Assembly: GCA_964035545.1 (NCBI GenBank)
Contig: OZ037765.1
Span: forward strand, 9,744,698-9,808,697
Reading direction: 5' to 3'
Length of the DNA stretch: 64,000 nucleotides
Source of the DNA: Bugula neritina
Lineage: Eukaryota; Animalia; Bryozoa
The position numbers and the translations under genes were made by a program. Below are positions 21,724 to 46,752 of this stretch, piece after piece (within the stretch, counting starts at the first letter, position 1; every line of letters begins with the position of its first letter). Under the pieces are notes generated by a model. That model saw only the letters and a program-made list of their open reading frames with translations, was not told the origin of the DNA and ran no database searches.

Positions 21724-23222
21724 GTCAATTTATGCAAATCCTACGCATGTATAATAAATATGGCTATAAGTGTAAAGTTTTTTTTTAACTTTTGTTCAAC
21801 AGTAAGACAACATACATGCATAATAATTAGATACTGAACGCTGGACTAAACCTTAAATTGATCTTATAGAATACAATGTACTTAAAATAATCATATGTGA
21901 ATTAGAGAAACTGAAAGTACACCTGCTGCGCTATAGACAGACCTTTACTGACAAGACTGCAAAGTGAAGTGATTTAGCTGAAATTAACTCTGCCAAACAA
22001 ACAAAGAATTATGTTGTGCTGAGGCATTTTCAATATATTATTGTAACATAGTGAGATGATTCAGCTAAGTGCTAATGTAAAACAGGGAACATTATCTTGG
22101 CAGAAATCCAATAGATTGCCAATTTGTGCGAGAGGGTCCTATATGTTATTGTGATAGCGCAGAGCGGCAAACGTACTAGGAATGTTATAATTAGTCACAG
22201 GAGCGTAGCTAGAACCACCATATGAAGAATTTAGAAAATTGCAGTGAAACTTGCAAAATGGTGTATGTTTTTACCAAATTGTGAAGAGCATAAACAGAAT
22301 TTCAAAAAACAAAGAAAGTATATTAGAGAAAACATATCAAGGAATGTCAAGTTTAACTTTTAGACTTTATAAAATGAATCCCCTGTGCTACAGCAGTGGA
22401 ACATGGAGGGTATAAAATTTTACTTATTATGCAACAACTTTCTCAGAAAATTTTTTATTGAAAAATTAAAAAAGTATATGAAAGAGGAATGCAAGAGCTA
22501 TCTTTCCATGTAAAATTTGTTAATGTGAGACAAAAACTGTTCGAGCTATCCCCTGGAAACCGTTTATATATAACATAAAGTAGTGCTTGAATCTGGAAAG
22601 TAATGACCTTAAACTAACTGTGTTAAAACCAAGTAAAGTTTTGAAAACCAGAGTGAATAATTCTTTTAACTTAAAAGTTGTTTTTTGGTATATGGTAGAC
22701 CATTATAAAATTTTTCTTTATTTTATTAAGCCAATGTGTGCCTACAAAACACACTATCAAAGTGCATGAAGCACTTGGATGGGCTGATTTGAAATCCACC
22801 CCTTAAACTTGAGAGGCGTTATAGTATGAATAAAGGGTAAAATGCTTAATCATAGTTTAAACTTAGAAAAATTTGCTTTGTAATCTTTAACACAGCAGAT
22901 TTCATAAGTGTAAAAATACCCTTGCATGGCATTTTCAGTTCTAACCTGCATAATCATTGTTCAACAAAAACAGTTTATTGTATAAAAATTATCAAAATAT
23001 TAATATGGCAGAGCCTTTTTTATTAGAACAGTATTAGGCTGTCCGAGATAAAAATATTCTAAGCGTAACCTTATGTTAAAACAACTTTCATTTTGCTGTC
23101 AATAAATATATATTGTTTTGTATTACAAATTCTAATGAAGTTAGCTTATTTACCATAATTATGTTTATATTGCAAAATACTAAACAACACCGTATATTTA
23201 TAGTACTTGCCTGCTGTTGCTA

Positions 23223-23285
23223 TACACACACACACACGCACGCACGCACACACGCGCACGCGCACGCACACGCACACGCACACAT
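23223..23285. repeat. (CA)n/(CGCA)n microsatellite
   Basis: Visible alternating purine-pyrimidine tract. Confidence 0.9.
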
Positions 23286-24146
23286 AGTGCCACATCTATA
23301 CTAGTAACTATGAGCTGAATCATTACACAATAAACCGTTTCCACGTTAAATGTGCTTATACAAAAGTAACACAAATTTAATTAAATGACTAATACCTTCA
23401 AAATAAAAAAGATAAACTCGATTTAGTTTTGGATGAAAAGTGTTATTTGATGGGTCACGTACCTTTACATCATCAATTTATTATTTTTGAAAAACTCACT
23501 CTTGTAACCTAACTGAAACTAGCCAGCATTAATTTCCAATGAAATAAATATTCATATAAAAGAAGCTTATATATAAACTTTCTTTATGAACTTAATTTTC
23601 CTTGCTTGGCAGAATAAATGTATTCCACAGCGAACACCAGAAAGCATATTGTACTTGGAATCTAATTACTAGTTATCAAAATTTTATTCTGATTCTTATA
23701 GATTTTATTAAATTATAATGACAACATTATTTTCTATCTCTCATTACAAGCTTAAATGATACCAAATTGTTTGTGTAGTAATTTCACAATGCTGCAAAGC
23801 AAGCAAAGCGGCCTAGGCAAAATTTATATCTATAAACCTATATAATAAAATGTTGACAGTCAATAATAGAAAGGTTGCAGCGAAATATCATATTTGCAGC
23901 TGTTTATGATGCTTAAAACATCTCAAGTCTCAACAAAAATTTTCTTAGCGCACAATTTGGTTTGGTAGCTTCAACTGCATATTTTACTGGCACTCAATGA
24001 GTCATAAATCTAAATTTTTGCAGAGAAACAAAAGGGGACTTGCGTATTGCATTATATAACTTGTAACTTTATTGAATATGTTATTAAAACTGTGTAATAT
24101 CATGATTTCATTTTATTATAAATCTAAAGTTGATGAAAAACTGGTT

Positions 24147-26786
24147 TTAGTAATCGTTGTATGGTCGATGGGCAATCCAGTTCTTGATTCTAGGTAATTC
24201 CTTGACCTTCTTAGTGAGAGCTGAAAGTGTAGGAGAATTTTTCACAGCTTCGGCAGCTTTTCCGGTCTGAGTATCCAGCAAACTGGCAGTTACAATATCA
24301 GCAGCTGTCAGCTAAAAACAAAAAACTTGTGTGTGTTAAGGTAATGTGCAAACATCTCAAATATTTGCATTTCACATATGTCTATATGTTTTTTTAAGTT
24401 GAAGTGAAACTGCTGACTGAAATAATAAAAGTGTTATTTAACAAACATGATCATTTTGCATTCAATAGCTTTGTCTGGTTTAAAAAATTTCTATATTGGC
24501 ACATATGCCCAAAGGTAACTTTGTTTATGCCAAACTTTTTTTACTATATTATACTTTACCTTATTTCCCACTAGCCATTCTTGACCATCTTTCAATCTGT
24601 TTTCTAGGAATTTAGTTAGTATTGGGAATCTACCATTGTCGTAATCATTCTGTCTTTGAATCTACAAAAATATCTTTTATAGAACTCAGTTGTTTTATGG
24701 GTAAAAATGGATATTTACTGTGACAATATATTAGAGATATGGCTCTAATAATTATTTAGTTAAAATATTATAAATGTTTATAATATACTTGTTTACATAA
24801 CCACATAACCTATCAGCAAATATTCTAGTGAATTGACAATTTATAGGTATAGGAACAGTCACATCACATTACCCTGGTTGGGTTGTCAGGAGCAAATCTT
24901 ATATTAACTTGATCATTAAAAGCTTCCTGCACAGTCTGCCAAACCATGTGAACTTCAGCAGCTTCCAATTCGTTAGATCCTACTAAATCTACAAAATAGA
25001 AAAAATAAATTAAAGTATTTTATAACCATAATATGCTCTAAAGCCTTATACTCAGTTATATCACTAGACATTACTAGTGAGCCTGCAATATATTAGCTTA
25101 AAGCGTTCAAATTACAAATGTCTCAAATGTAGTAACCTTTATTGCTTTCTTAAAAAAGTAATGAAAATGAAAATAATATTTATTTTAGTCCGAACAACAA
25201 ACACTATATCAGTGATTGGTCGGGAGCTACAATAGTATTTCCCAGAGAAGATGTTACTGCTAACCTACACTCTGCATAATGTTCTGGTACTAATAAGTAA
25301 TAAGTAATGTTAAGGTTCACTCTTGTAGAGCTTATATGTATAGCAAAATGCTCAGTAAAAGCATGCTATTAGATAGCTATAAAATTTCACTTTTACTGTC
25401 ATATAATGAGTTATCATCAACGCTGAGCTAGCAAGAATAATGATAAAATAACAATTCTCTATATAGAATTATTAACCATCGCAAAAAATAAACTGAATCC
25501 AGTCTGCAAATCATGAGCAGTAGAACACTTACTGAGCTCTCTAGCCAGATACATGGCAACAGCAGCAGACTGTCCCAGTGTGACATTCTCTACTTCTAAG
25601 AAGGGCAACTGGCCAAGTATTGTCACTGTAACGGCATTCAAAAATATAATGTAGTTAAAGGAAGTTAGCTGGTTCAATGATTATATTAAAAAATGTTTTG
25701 AAAATTGTTGATATAGAAAACAGTTTTAAAAAAGTTATTAGCATTTTGTATAAGAATAATTTTTGAATTTTAGCACAACTGACTGGGTTTGATTTTAGGC
25801 CAGTCTTCCAACTTGATTCTGATATCCTCCCAGTTTGCTTCTCCCTGTTCCAGAATCCACCTGATTTGCTCTGCTCTGCCCCGTAGGTCAAAGTATGTCA
25901 ACTTGTACAATTCTACACAAAATACATATATTATTACTATTACTTCTTTTAAAATCATTACAAGATTATGAAGTGATAACTTGAGAGATATTTTTACAAG
26001 ATTGGGGTTTGTTGATTTATTTATTAATTTTTTATTTATAGCTTTAAAATGTTTCAGTTTTTTATGTCCATAAAAACTCTGTTTGCTAAATTCGAAAGTT
26101 ATCAAAGCAAACCACTATGTAACATATTACATACATGCATACAGCAACCTTTTTAATTATGAATTAATTATTTTGTATAGTTATCCTAACTGCAGGCTTT
26201 ACTATAGTTGCAAAACATTTATTTTGCCATACATAGCTACAAATATTTTTTAGTCAGTGTATAGAATACAAATATCATGTATATTTTGTATGTAGTATTT
26301 GGGAGCTTTAAAGTTACCAACCTACCTATTACAAAGACAGGTAATCTGTAAACACTTAACAAACTATGTAGAATATCAAAAGTGTCTAATAAGTGCATTA
26401 TGTAAGTATAAATAATACATTGATGTTTTTTTCTCTCATTTTGCAGAAGATATTTATAAAACACACTTTATGCTACATTAAGCAGAAAAAAATACATTTA
26501 AAGCCTTTTTTATAGCACCAAAAATGCTAAATGTAAAAAGACCTCCAATGCATGAAAACTTATATAAGTAAAAAACAATAATGATTTTCTTAAAGGAATC
26601 TTTGTTAGAACATATAATGTACTTACTTCCACACTTTTTACAAATCTTAGGACAGAGTTTTTGATAGTATACATTGTCTCTACACAAGTCTTCTCTGTAG
26701 GTACATAAGAGGTCATCTTCACAAGCTTTCGCCTGGACGAGGGCAGCAATGCCCACTAAAACTAATAAATTGAGTAAAACGTTCAT
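24147..26786 (-). CDS. Signal peptide-ShKT domain-sigma GST fusion (GST-2)
   Basis: Exons 26786-26627 (signal peptide plus CEDDLLC-x6-C-x9-CPKICKKC), 25912-25784, 25625-25533, 24988-24873, 24661-24560, 24311-24147. A phase-1 junction joins ShKT in frame to [19 protein letters not shown]. Ends [10 protein letters not shown]. Confidence 0.88.
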
Positions 26787-26862
26787 GGTGTGTGCAACAG
26801 CGCGTACTGGTCAAGCTGTTACAGGCTCCAAGCTACAGATGAGGTTGGAGATAAAATACAGC

Positions 26863-26870
26863 TTATATAA
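26863..26870 (-). promoter_or_regulatory. Candidate TATA box of GST-2
   Basis: TTATATAA on the minus strand about 80 bp upstream of the ATG. Confidence 0.45.
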
Positions 26871-29433
26871 CCTGGTTTTTACCCTCACCTAGGGGAAGAT
26901 AGTGGTCAGCAAACAACAACTTTAGCATAGTTTAGATAAGAGAGAAGCTCTCCTAATGTTTTCAACAAACATAGCTTGGGAACTAGCTCCTGGTGTTTAC
27001 AGAAAAATAGCCCAAGACTGTATGTATTTGATAATACTGTGCATATCTTATAGAAAGCTGGCTAATGTGCTGCATATGATTTCAAATACTCTTAGCATAG
27101 TTGTGTTACTTTGCACAGTCTTTTTGAGAGTTACTCCTTTCTGTAATTTATATATAATTAATGGTTTCTGCAACTTTGTTACTCCCATATCTAATTGGAT
27201 AAATGATTCAAATTCTACTACTCTAATAATTCTGACCTGATTAATCACCTTTGTGACTAGCTCTCACTTGAAGTTGTAGCTTTTCTCCAACATTCAAGAC
27301 CAATCCCGCTAATCTTTTACTTATGAATTAAATATAATTATTTTTTTTTCTATCTAAGCTATCAACTAGTTCCAATATATTGGGGCAGCCCTAAGTTTAA
27401 TGTAATCTTTAAAACTCTAGTAAATAGTTTCTAATTGACTGGGATGGGTTTACAAACTGTTGCGAACATTGAAATTATATTTAATTATAGTAGATATAAA
27501 CTTCAAAATTACTACTAGATAATAATTAATATAGACTATATAAATAGTCCTACAGAAATCACTTTTCTGTCATATAAGACTTAACTACTGGTTAAAATAC
27601 TGTGCCAATGTTACAATCACCAGGACAGTGCATTGTTTATGTCTAGAAATAGCAAAATGTCCAGGAAAATGTAATGTTATAGTACCAGGCAGTTTCAAAG
27701 TTTTAGCAAAATTATCAACTAATTAAAGGCACCCCCAAACCTAATTTGAACATTTAAATACAGCATGAAAGAAAATTTAATAGTCCAAGCTCTTAAATTT
27801 CCTAATTAGGTAATTTTGGTTTGGTTTAAATTAAACTTAATTAAAATTTTCATTAAAATGTTTATAAGAACGTAATTTCTTTTTCTACATTGTCTTAGAA
27901 TGCTGACTTTTTCTTAATGTCAACGTTTTAAAACAACGTATGAGCGCCTTTTAAATGATTGTGGTTGGCATGTAAAACGTAAAGGCTGGTATCAATTGTG
28001 CAAATGTTATTATAATCATAATGGTCAATGTTTGTTTTAAAAGATGCATAATAGCCACAACTACCACTCATAATCAACTCTAAATCCATTTGATTAGCAT
28101 GAAGCTTTTATCTTCCTTAGTGTTTCTGATAAAACTGTTTAGTGGGAGCCATCAGGTGGGGTGACATTGCAGTTTATAATCTAATTTTATTTTTAGCCTA
28201 ATTAAACCCATGTGCCCACGTTTAGTGAGTTGGTAGAAAAATTGTAAATTGGAAAATAATTATTTTACCAATTAGGCCTACAATGGTTACTAATATTACT
28301 CTGTTAAACAATACAAAAGTTGCGCAAATTTTTATTTATGATTTATGCAATAAAATAAAGGGAGATAAAAATGCCTGTTCTCTCCCCCATCTCCACTTTA
28401 TTCTGATTGTTCATGCTACAATCTTTATGCAGAGCTAACAATAATTATACATTACTTGACTCTAGATATATTGATTTGAATGTTGCAGGAGAACATTTGG
28501 AATACTTTGAGAGAAGACTTGGAGCTAGAGTTATTAACCTTCAAGCCAGTCTTCACAGTTTCAAGCAATTTACTGTGTTGCTAACAAAAAACCTTTGGAA
28601 TGGGCCAATGGCTACACTCCATCTACTAAACCGCCAGCCTCAAAATTATACCCCAAATTCCTTTGCTTTAGTTACAAGTTTTATTAGGATTGTTGGGATC
28701 AATTTTTTAGACTACACAGCCTTCAGCTAAGCAAAGTTTGTGCTAGTGTGTATACCTGAGTGGAGGATAGAAAGTTCAATCATCAGCTAACTTATTTTCA
28801 GCAGCTCTACACAGTAAAGTTTATGTATTGTGTTGGTTAAGTTGGTTTGAATATGTTTTACTCTTTTTTAACAAAATTAAAGCCATAGCCATTATTCTTT
28901 TTTTAGTCCCATGCCTATTTTTCCATGCACATAAATATCCATCAAATGTTTTCATATCACATGAATTCACATTAAGTTATGTACTTTATTTCGCAACCAT
29001 TATAGGGCAAGCAAGAAGTTTCTATTCTTTCGAAACTGCAGTTTTATGTTTTTGCAGTACAATTATCCCTTAAACAAATATAAATAATTTTTGAATTTTT
29101 TAAGCTAGCTGTGATAACAATTTGTAAGAGCTTTTGTTGATCATTTTGAATTCAGCACTTCAAATTAATTTTTTGACTCCCAAGCTATTCTGTCTGCAAA
29201 GTTCAAATATGATTTATTGAATACCAAACAGCCACTGTATATGTGTATTAGTTATTACAGCAAGTATATATAATAGTATACATATAGGCCTACTATGACA
29301 TATATATTAAAATAACTACAGCTGCCTGCAGACCTGGTAATATAAATCCTGTTCATTTTTTATTGTTTTAGATGCAAAACTGGAAAAACCAAAGCAGACA
29401 AGAAACTAAAGCTAGCTGTAACAAAAATCATCT

Positions 29434-31734
29434 TTAGTAATCTGTGACAGGTCGAGTAGCTATCCACTGCTTGATTTTGGGTAGACTGGTTACTTTGCTG
29501 GTTAGATTTGAGACAGTTTTAGAGGCTTTGAGATCTGCAAGGGGCTTTGGCCAAACCTGGCTGTCCATGAAGCTTGCAACAACAATGTCTGCTATTGTCA
29601 TCTGTAACAGGATACATGAATACAAGTAAATGTGGTAAGAGCACAGAGGTCAGCTGAACCTGTTATAAATAATTTGTGTTTGTCAAAATTATGTAACAGG
29701 ATACCTGCTTGCCAACTAGCCATTCTTCTCCATTTTCAAGTCTCTTTTCCAAAAACTTCATTAATCGGGGAAATGATACATCATCATATTCTTTAAGCTT
29801 CACTTGCTAGAGAAGTATAATAACTAGCTTAAGGTAAACCCTTTTTTTTGTAAGATTTGTACGAGTAGGCCTATAGGTATATCATGTTTCACTAAAATGT
29901 ATTTATTGACCGGTGAGTAGCTACAATATCTGCTGTCTAAATAATATTGTTGAATATTTTATTTCATTTTCACAATACAATAGACCACCAAACACTATAA
30001 CACTAAAAATACTGATATCTCAAAATTATTACAACAAAATTATGTATCTTAATATCTGACCTTTTTCGCTGGGTCTTGTTCAACAAAAGCTCTGCCCGCT
30101 GAATTGAAAGTTTCTTGCACAGTCTCCCAAACCATATGTACTTCTGCAGCCTCCAAATCATTTGCACCAGACAAACCTACGCACATAAATTGTTCTCTGT
30201 AGTTATGAATGGATTATTTTCTACAGCAGATCCTGAGGTTTATATAAATTGTATCTAATGCCTAGTTTTAAAGATTTTATGAGTGTATTGAAAGTTGATA
30301 TGAACCTATTTAATGCAATAACATTGACAGCTTGTTTAATGTATAGTGATGCAACTTTTTAATATGGGATTTTTTATGATTTAATAAATACCAAGTTCTC
30401 TAGCAAGATACATGGCAATGGCTCCAGACTGTGCTATGGTGACTCCTTCCACCTCTAGATATGGTATTTGCCCAGTCAGAGTTGCTAAAATAGTAAAAAT
30501 ATAATTAAATATCTAACACAAATCACTAAACAACTAGGAATCGAGCTTATCTATAATCTATATGTATATATACAAAACTTATTTACTATGAAAGTATAAT
30601 ATATAAGACATTATAATTTGTAATGTATAATGTATAATGTATAATGTGTAATGTATAATGTATAATGTATAGTGTATAATAATATAGTGTACAATAATTA
30701 TGCTCTAGGTTATGTAAAAAACAATTATTTTCAAAAATCTGACGTATCATATTTTTCATCAGCTCACACAACAACTAAAATTTAATTTCTTGAAGAATTT
30801 ACAGCACACATACCAGTTTTGGTTTCCATTAACTGACGCAATAATAAAGAATCAAGTTCAACGTTAAGATTTAAATGCGGGTTAACTTATAGACAATGTG
30901 CATATCTAACTTGGTTTAATTGCAGGCCAATCTTCTTGCTTGATTCTGATATCCTCCCAGTTAGCATCTCCCTGTTCCAGGATCCACCTGATTTGCTCTC
31001 CCCTGGCTCGAAGGTCAAAGTATGTCAACTTGTACAGCTTATCTAAAATTTGTACATAAGCAAAAAATATTTTAAAGCTTTTTAATAATTACACTTTGCA
31101 GCCTTATAGTGAGACTAATTTTATCAGTACAAATTATTGGCTTAAATACACAACTCTATAGTTTCTTCTAAAAAAGATTTTGAAAATGTGAGTAAATTTA
31201 TTTAAATTTTTGGAGCAATATATTATAGCTTATACACACTATATAATATTGCTCAACATAGTAAAAGCCCTTCTTTAGATGCACAACTCTGTGCTACAAT
31301 TTACAATACATATTTACAATATACATCCAACACTGTATCATACATGTATTCATTGTATAGTTATATATGCGCCACATTACACAGTATACCACAAAAATGC
31401 AGTTGCTAATGTTGCATATAACAAAGTAAATCCATTAGCTTACACAAAACCATAATGTACTATATATGACACTGCTTAATGGCTGTTCTAAAGTTGTTGT
31501 TATCTATTTCTCCTTGCATCCTGCAAGCAAGAACATGCCTAATAACATAATATTGTATCAAACTAACAAACCTTTACATAAACCACAAGATTTAGGGCAA
31601 AGCCTTTGAAATCCAATTATTGAGTCACATAATCCTGTTCTTGAACTGCACAAATCGCTAGTATCTACACAATCTTGTGCGTTGCAAATATAGAAGAAGG
31701 TTAAAAAGACAAAAAAAGGGAAGCCACCCATCAT
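29434..31734 (-). CDS. Signal peptide-ShKT domain-sigma GST fusion (GST-3)
   Basis: Exons 31734-31572 (MMGGFPFFVFLTFFYICNAQD plus CVDTSDLC-x6-C-x9-CPKSCGLC), 31042-30911, 30484-30392, 30176-30061, 29806-29705, 29601-29434, all in frame. Motifs YFDLRARGEQIRW, GQIPYLE, AQSGAIA, WIATRPVTDY*. An upstream in-frame ATG exists at 31761. Confidence 0.88.
30623..30680. repeat. (TGTATAA)n heptamer repeat in a GST-3 intron
   Basis: About 8 tandem copies visible. Confidence 0.85.
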
Positions 31735-32639
31735 GGTAGAAAGTCGTAGTTGCTGTGTCATATAAGCCCGCAGTTGATTATGGAAAGTTTATGTACTGCA
31801 ACAATCACTGATAAGGATGCATATGCAAGCTTACCATGCTGTGTAGACTGTGCAGCTGTCCTTATAAATATCTAGTAATGCTTATCACAATGAATATTTT
31901 TTCACACTTAGAACTGCCGTTATATTGTTTCACTTTTTTTAGCCTAAATATTAAATCCATATCAATGTTTCTTTTTTTAAGTTAGTCAGGAGATTCTATG
32001 CTCTATAGGATTTGGATTAAATGGGAAATTTTAGTTTTCATTTATTTTTGTGATTTATTTGAACATTGAAACTTTTTACATTGTTTAAAAAAACATTTTC
32101 ATGTTCAAATAGAGCAGATGAAAACATAGTTTACCAGCTATTTTCATGACCTGCGGGGAAACTGCGACTAACTGGGTTACATATTGAAAGTGTAGGATTT
32201 GTTTCCTCATGACATAAATAGCATATCCATCGAAAACGCTCTTTTTTCAGAAAGGTAGATTGCAGAGTCTGAGCGCAAAATTCATGCTTGGCCATAGCAA
32301 TAAAATACAATAAAATTAAATATAATAATAATTATGCTGTTACTGCTGTCTTAGTTTTATGGTGGCTTAGCAATAAATGTAATTATTACATATAATTATT
32401 TATGAATTAAATGTCTATAAACAAATCTTAATCACAGATAATAAATTTTTTGCAACTATTGTATATTAAATAATTGATCAGTAACTGTAAGGATTTTCAT
32501 TATAATTAATATTATTATATTAATAATTATTATTATATTTACAATATTATTATTAATATTAATACTAAAAGTAAAAATAAACAGTGTTACTCAACTCTAT
32601 TAGGCCTACTATTAGTCAGTATACACTCACAGTAAAACT

Positions 32640-33380
32640 AAATGTAATACAGTATTACTAATGCTAATACTAATACTAATAGTAATACTTATACTTATAC
32701 TTATAGTAATACTAATAGTAATAGTAATACTATTAGTATTAGTATTACTATTAGTCTATTACTAATAATAATATGAGTAATACTAATACAGTAATAGTAA
32801 TACTATTAGTATTAGTATTACTATTAGTCTATTACTAATAATAATATGAGTAATACTAATACAGTAATAGTAATACTATTAGTATTACTATTAGTATTAC
32901 TAATAGTAATAGTATTACTATTAGTATTACTAATACTATTAGTATTAGTATTCGTAATACTAATAGTATTACTATTACTATTACTATTAGTAATAATATT
33001 TAAATGCTAATAGTAATAGTAATGCTAAGAGTAAGTCTACTACTAATCGTAATACTAATAATAAAGTCTTAGTAATACTAATAGTAATACTAGTACTACC
33101 AATAGTGGCAGTGGTAAACGGCAGTGATTATCATTATGATTGAACTATAACTATAAGTTAGTATAAGTTAATGAGTATCAGTATAAGACTAAGAGTAAGT
33201 ATAACAATTAATATTATTCATTTACAATTACAATTTACATTGATATCATTATCATAATGATTATCAAGCTTACTTGAAGTTAAACTAAAACTTAGAGTGA
33301 TACTGATCAACTTTGAGATTATCATTATAATTAAAAGTATAATGATACTGATAATATTAATGAGTGATAACTATTATTAT
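32640..33380. repeat. Low-complexity 3/6-bp periodic AT repeat (TAATAG/TAATAC and complements)
   Basis: Degenerate hexamers in alternating orientation, with a 66-bp tandem duplication at about 32720-32885. Confidence 0.85.
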
Positions 33381-33671
33381 TTCAAAACCTCTTACATGAT
33401 TTGCAGAAAGTTATCAATTCATAAAATACAGTTAAGAAGTTTTAGGTCTAGGAGTGAGCTACGCAAGAATCAAAATCTACTTTGTGTAATTTTATGGGGT
33501 CACATGTTGATGCCAGATTAACACTAATGATTTTTCAAACTTTGTAGTTGAAAAGAAAAGTTATAAATATTGATATGCGCAAAAGCCAAGACTGGACCTG
33601 ATGGTCCGATCTCACAAGTGCAGAATTTTAATTTTCTGCTTTTCACTTGCACCTGCATGAAAATGGCCACT

Positions 33672-46024
<12,353 letters not shown>

Positions 46025-46752
46025 TTGCAGTAAGTCTGTCCCAAGTTGTGGGTGGCTGTCGAATAACTTGGACACTTATCTGTAAATGATTTTTGTATTT
46101 TTAACCATTGAAGACTGTAGCCCTTCCTGGTATGCTAGCATGTAGTGCATGAGCTTGTAATCTCAATTTATATAGAATATTGTCTTATTTATCTTCAAAT
46201 ATAGTATTTGTACACCTGTAACACTTGCAATGTTATCTCTCAACTTATATATTGTTGTTTACATTCCTAGCTTTTGTTGAACTGTGAGCGGTTAGCTACT
46301 TATTTCACTGATATTTGAAATACTGCATTCAGCCTTTTCATACTTAGCACCCAAATGCATATTCATGAGTTACAATAATTAATCATCCATAGCTCGTAGC
46401 TGAATGGTTAGTATTTGTCAGGGTCTATTTGCGAGAATCCTAGTTTGACGCTGTAATTCCTGATTCATTACCTTGTGACAGTTTCGCATTGGTTATTAGG
46501 TGCTCGTGTTTCCGTACGTCACAAGGACAGTACAATTCATTACGAACTACGGATAGCATTCAGTAAACACACTTACATCTCAAGTGATAAGATAACGACT
46601 ATTACTTGAACATGTGCAATACAGTGTTCTACTTATAGAATAAGTTTAGTTCTCTATTTAATAAAAGCTTCGGACTTGACTAGTGGAGTACTTTGCCAAT
46701 TGATCGCTAATTCACCGTCGCTCGTCCTGCTAGTTGGTTTCCTCTTGCTAAG

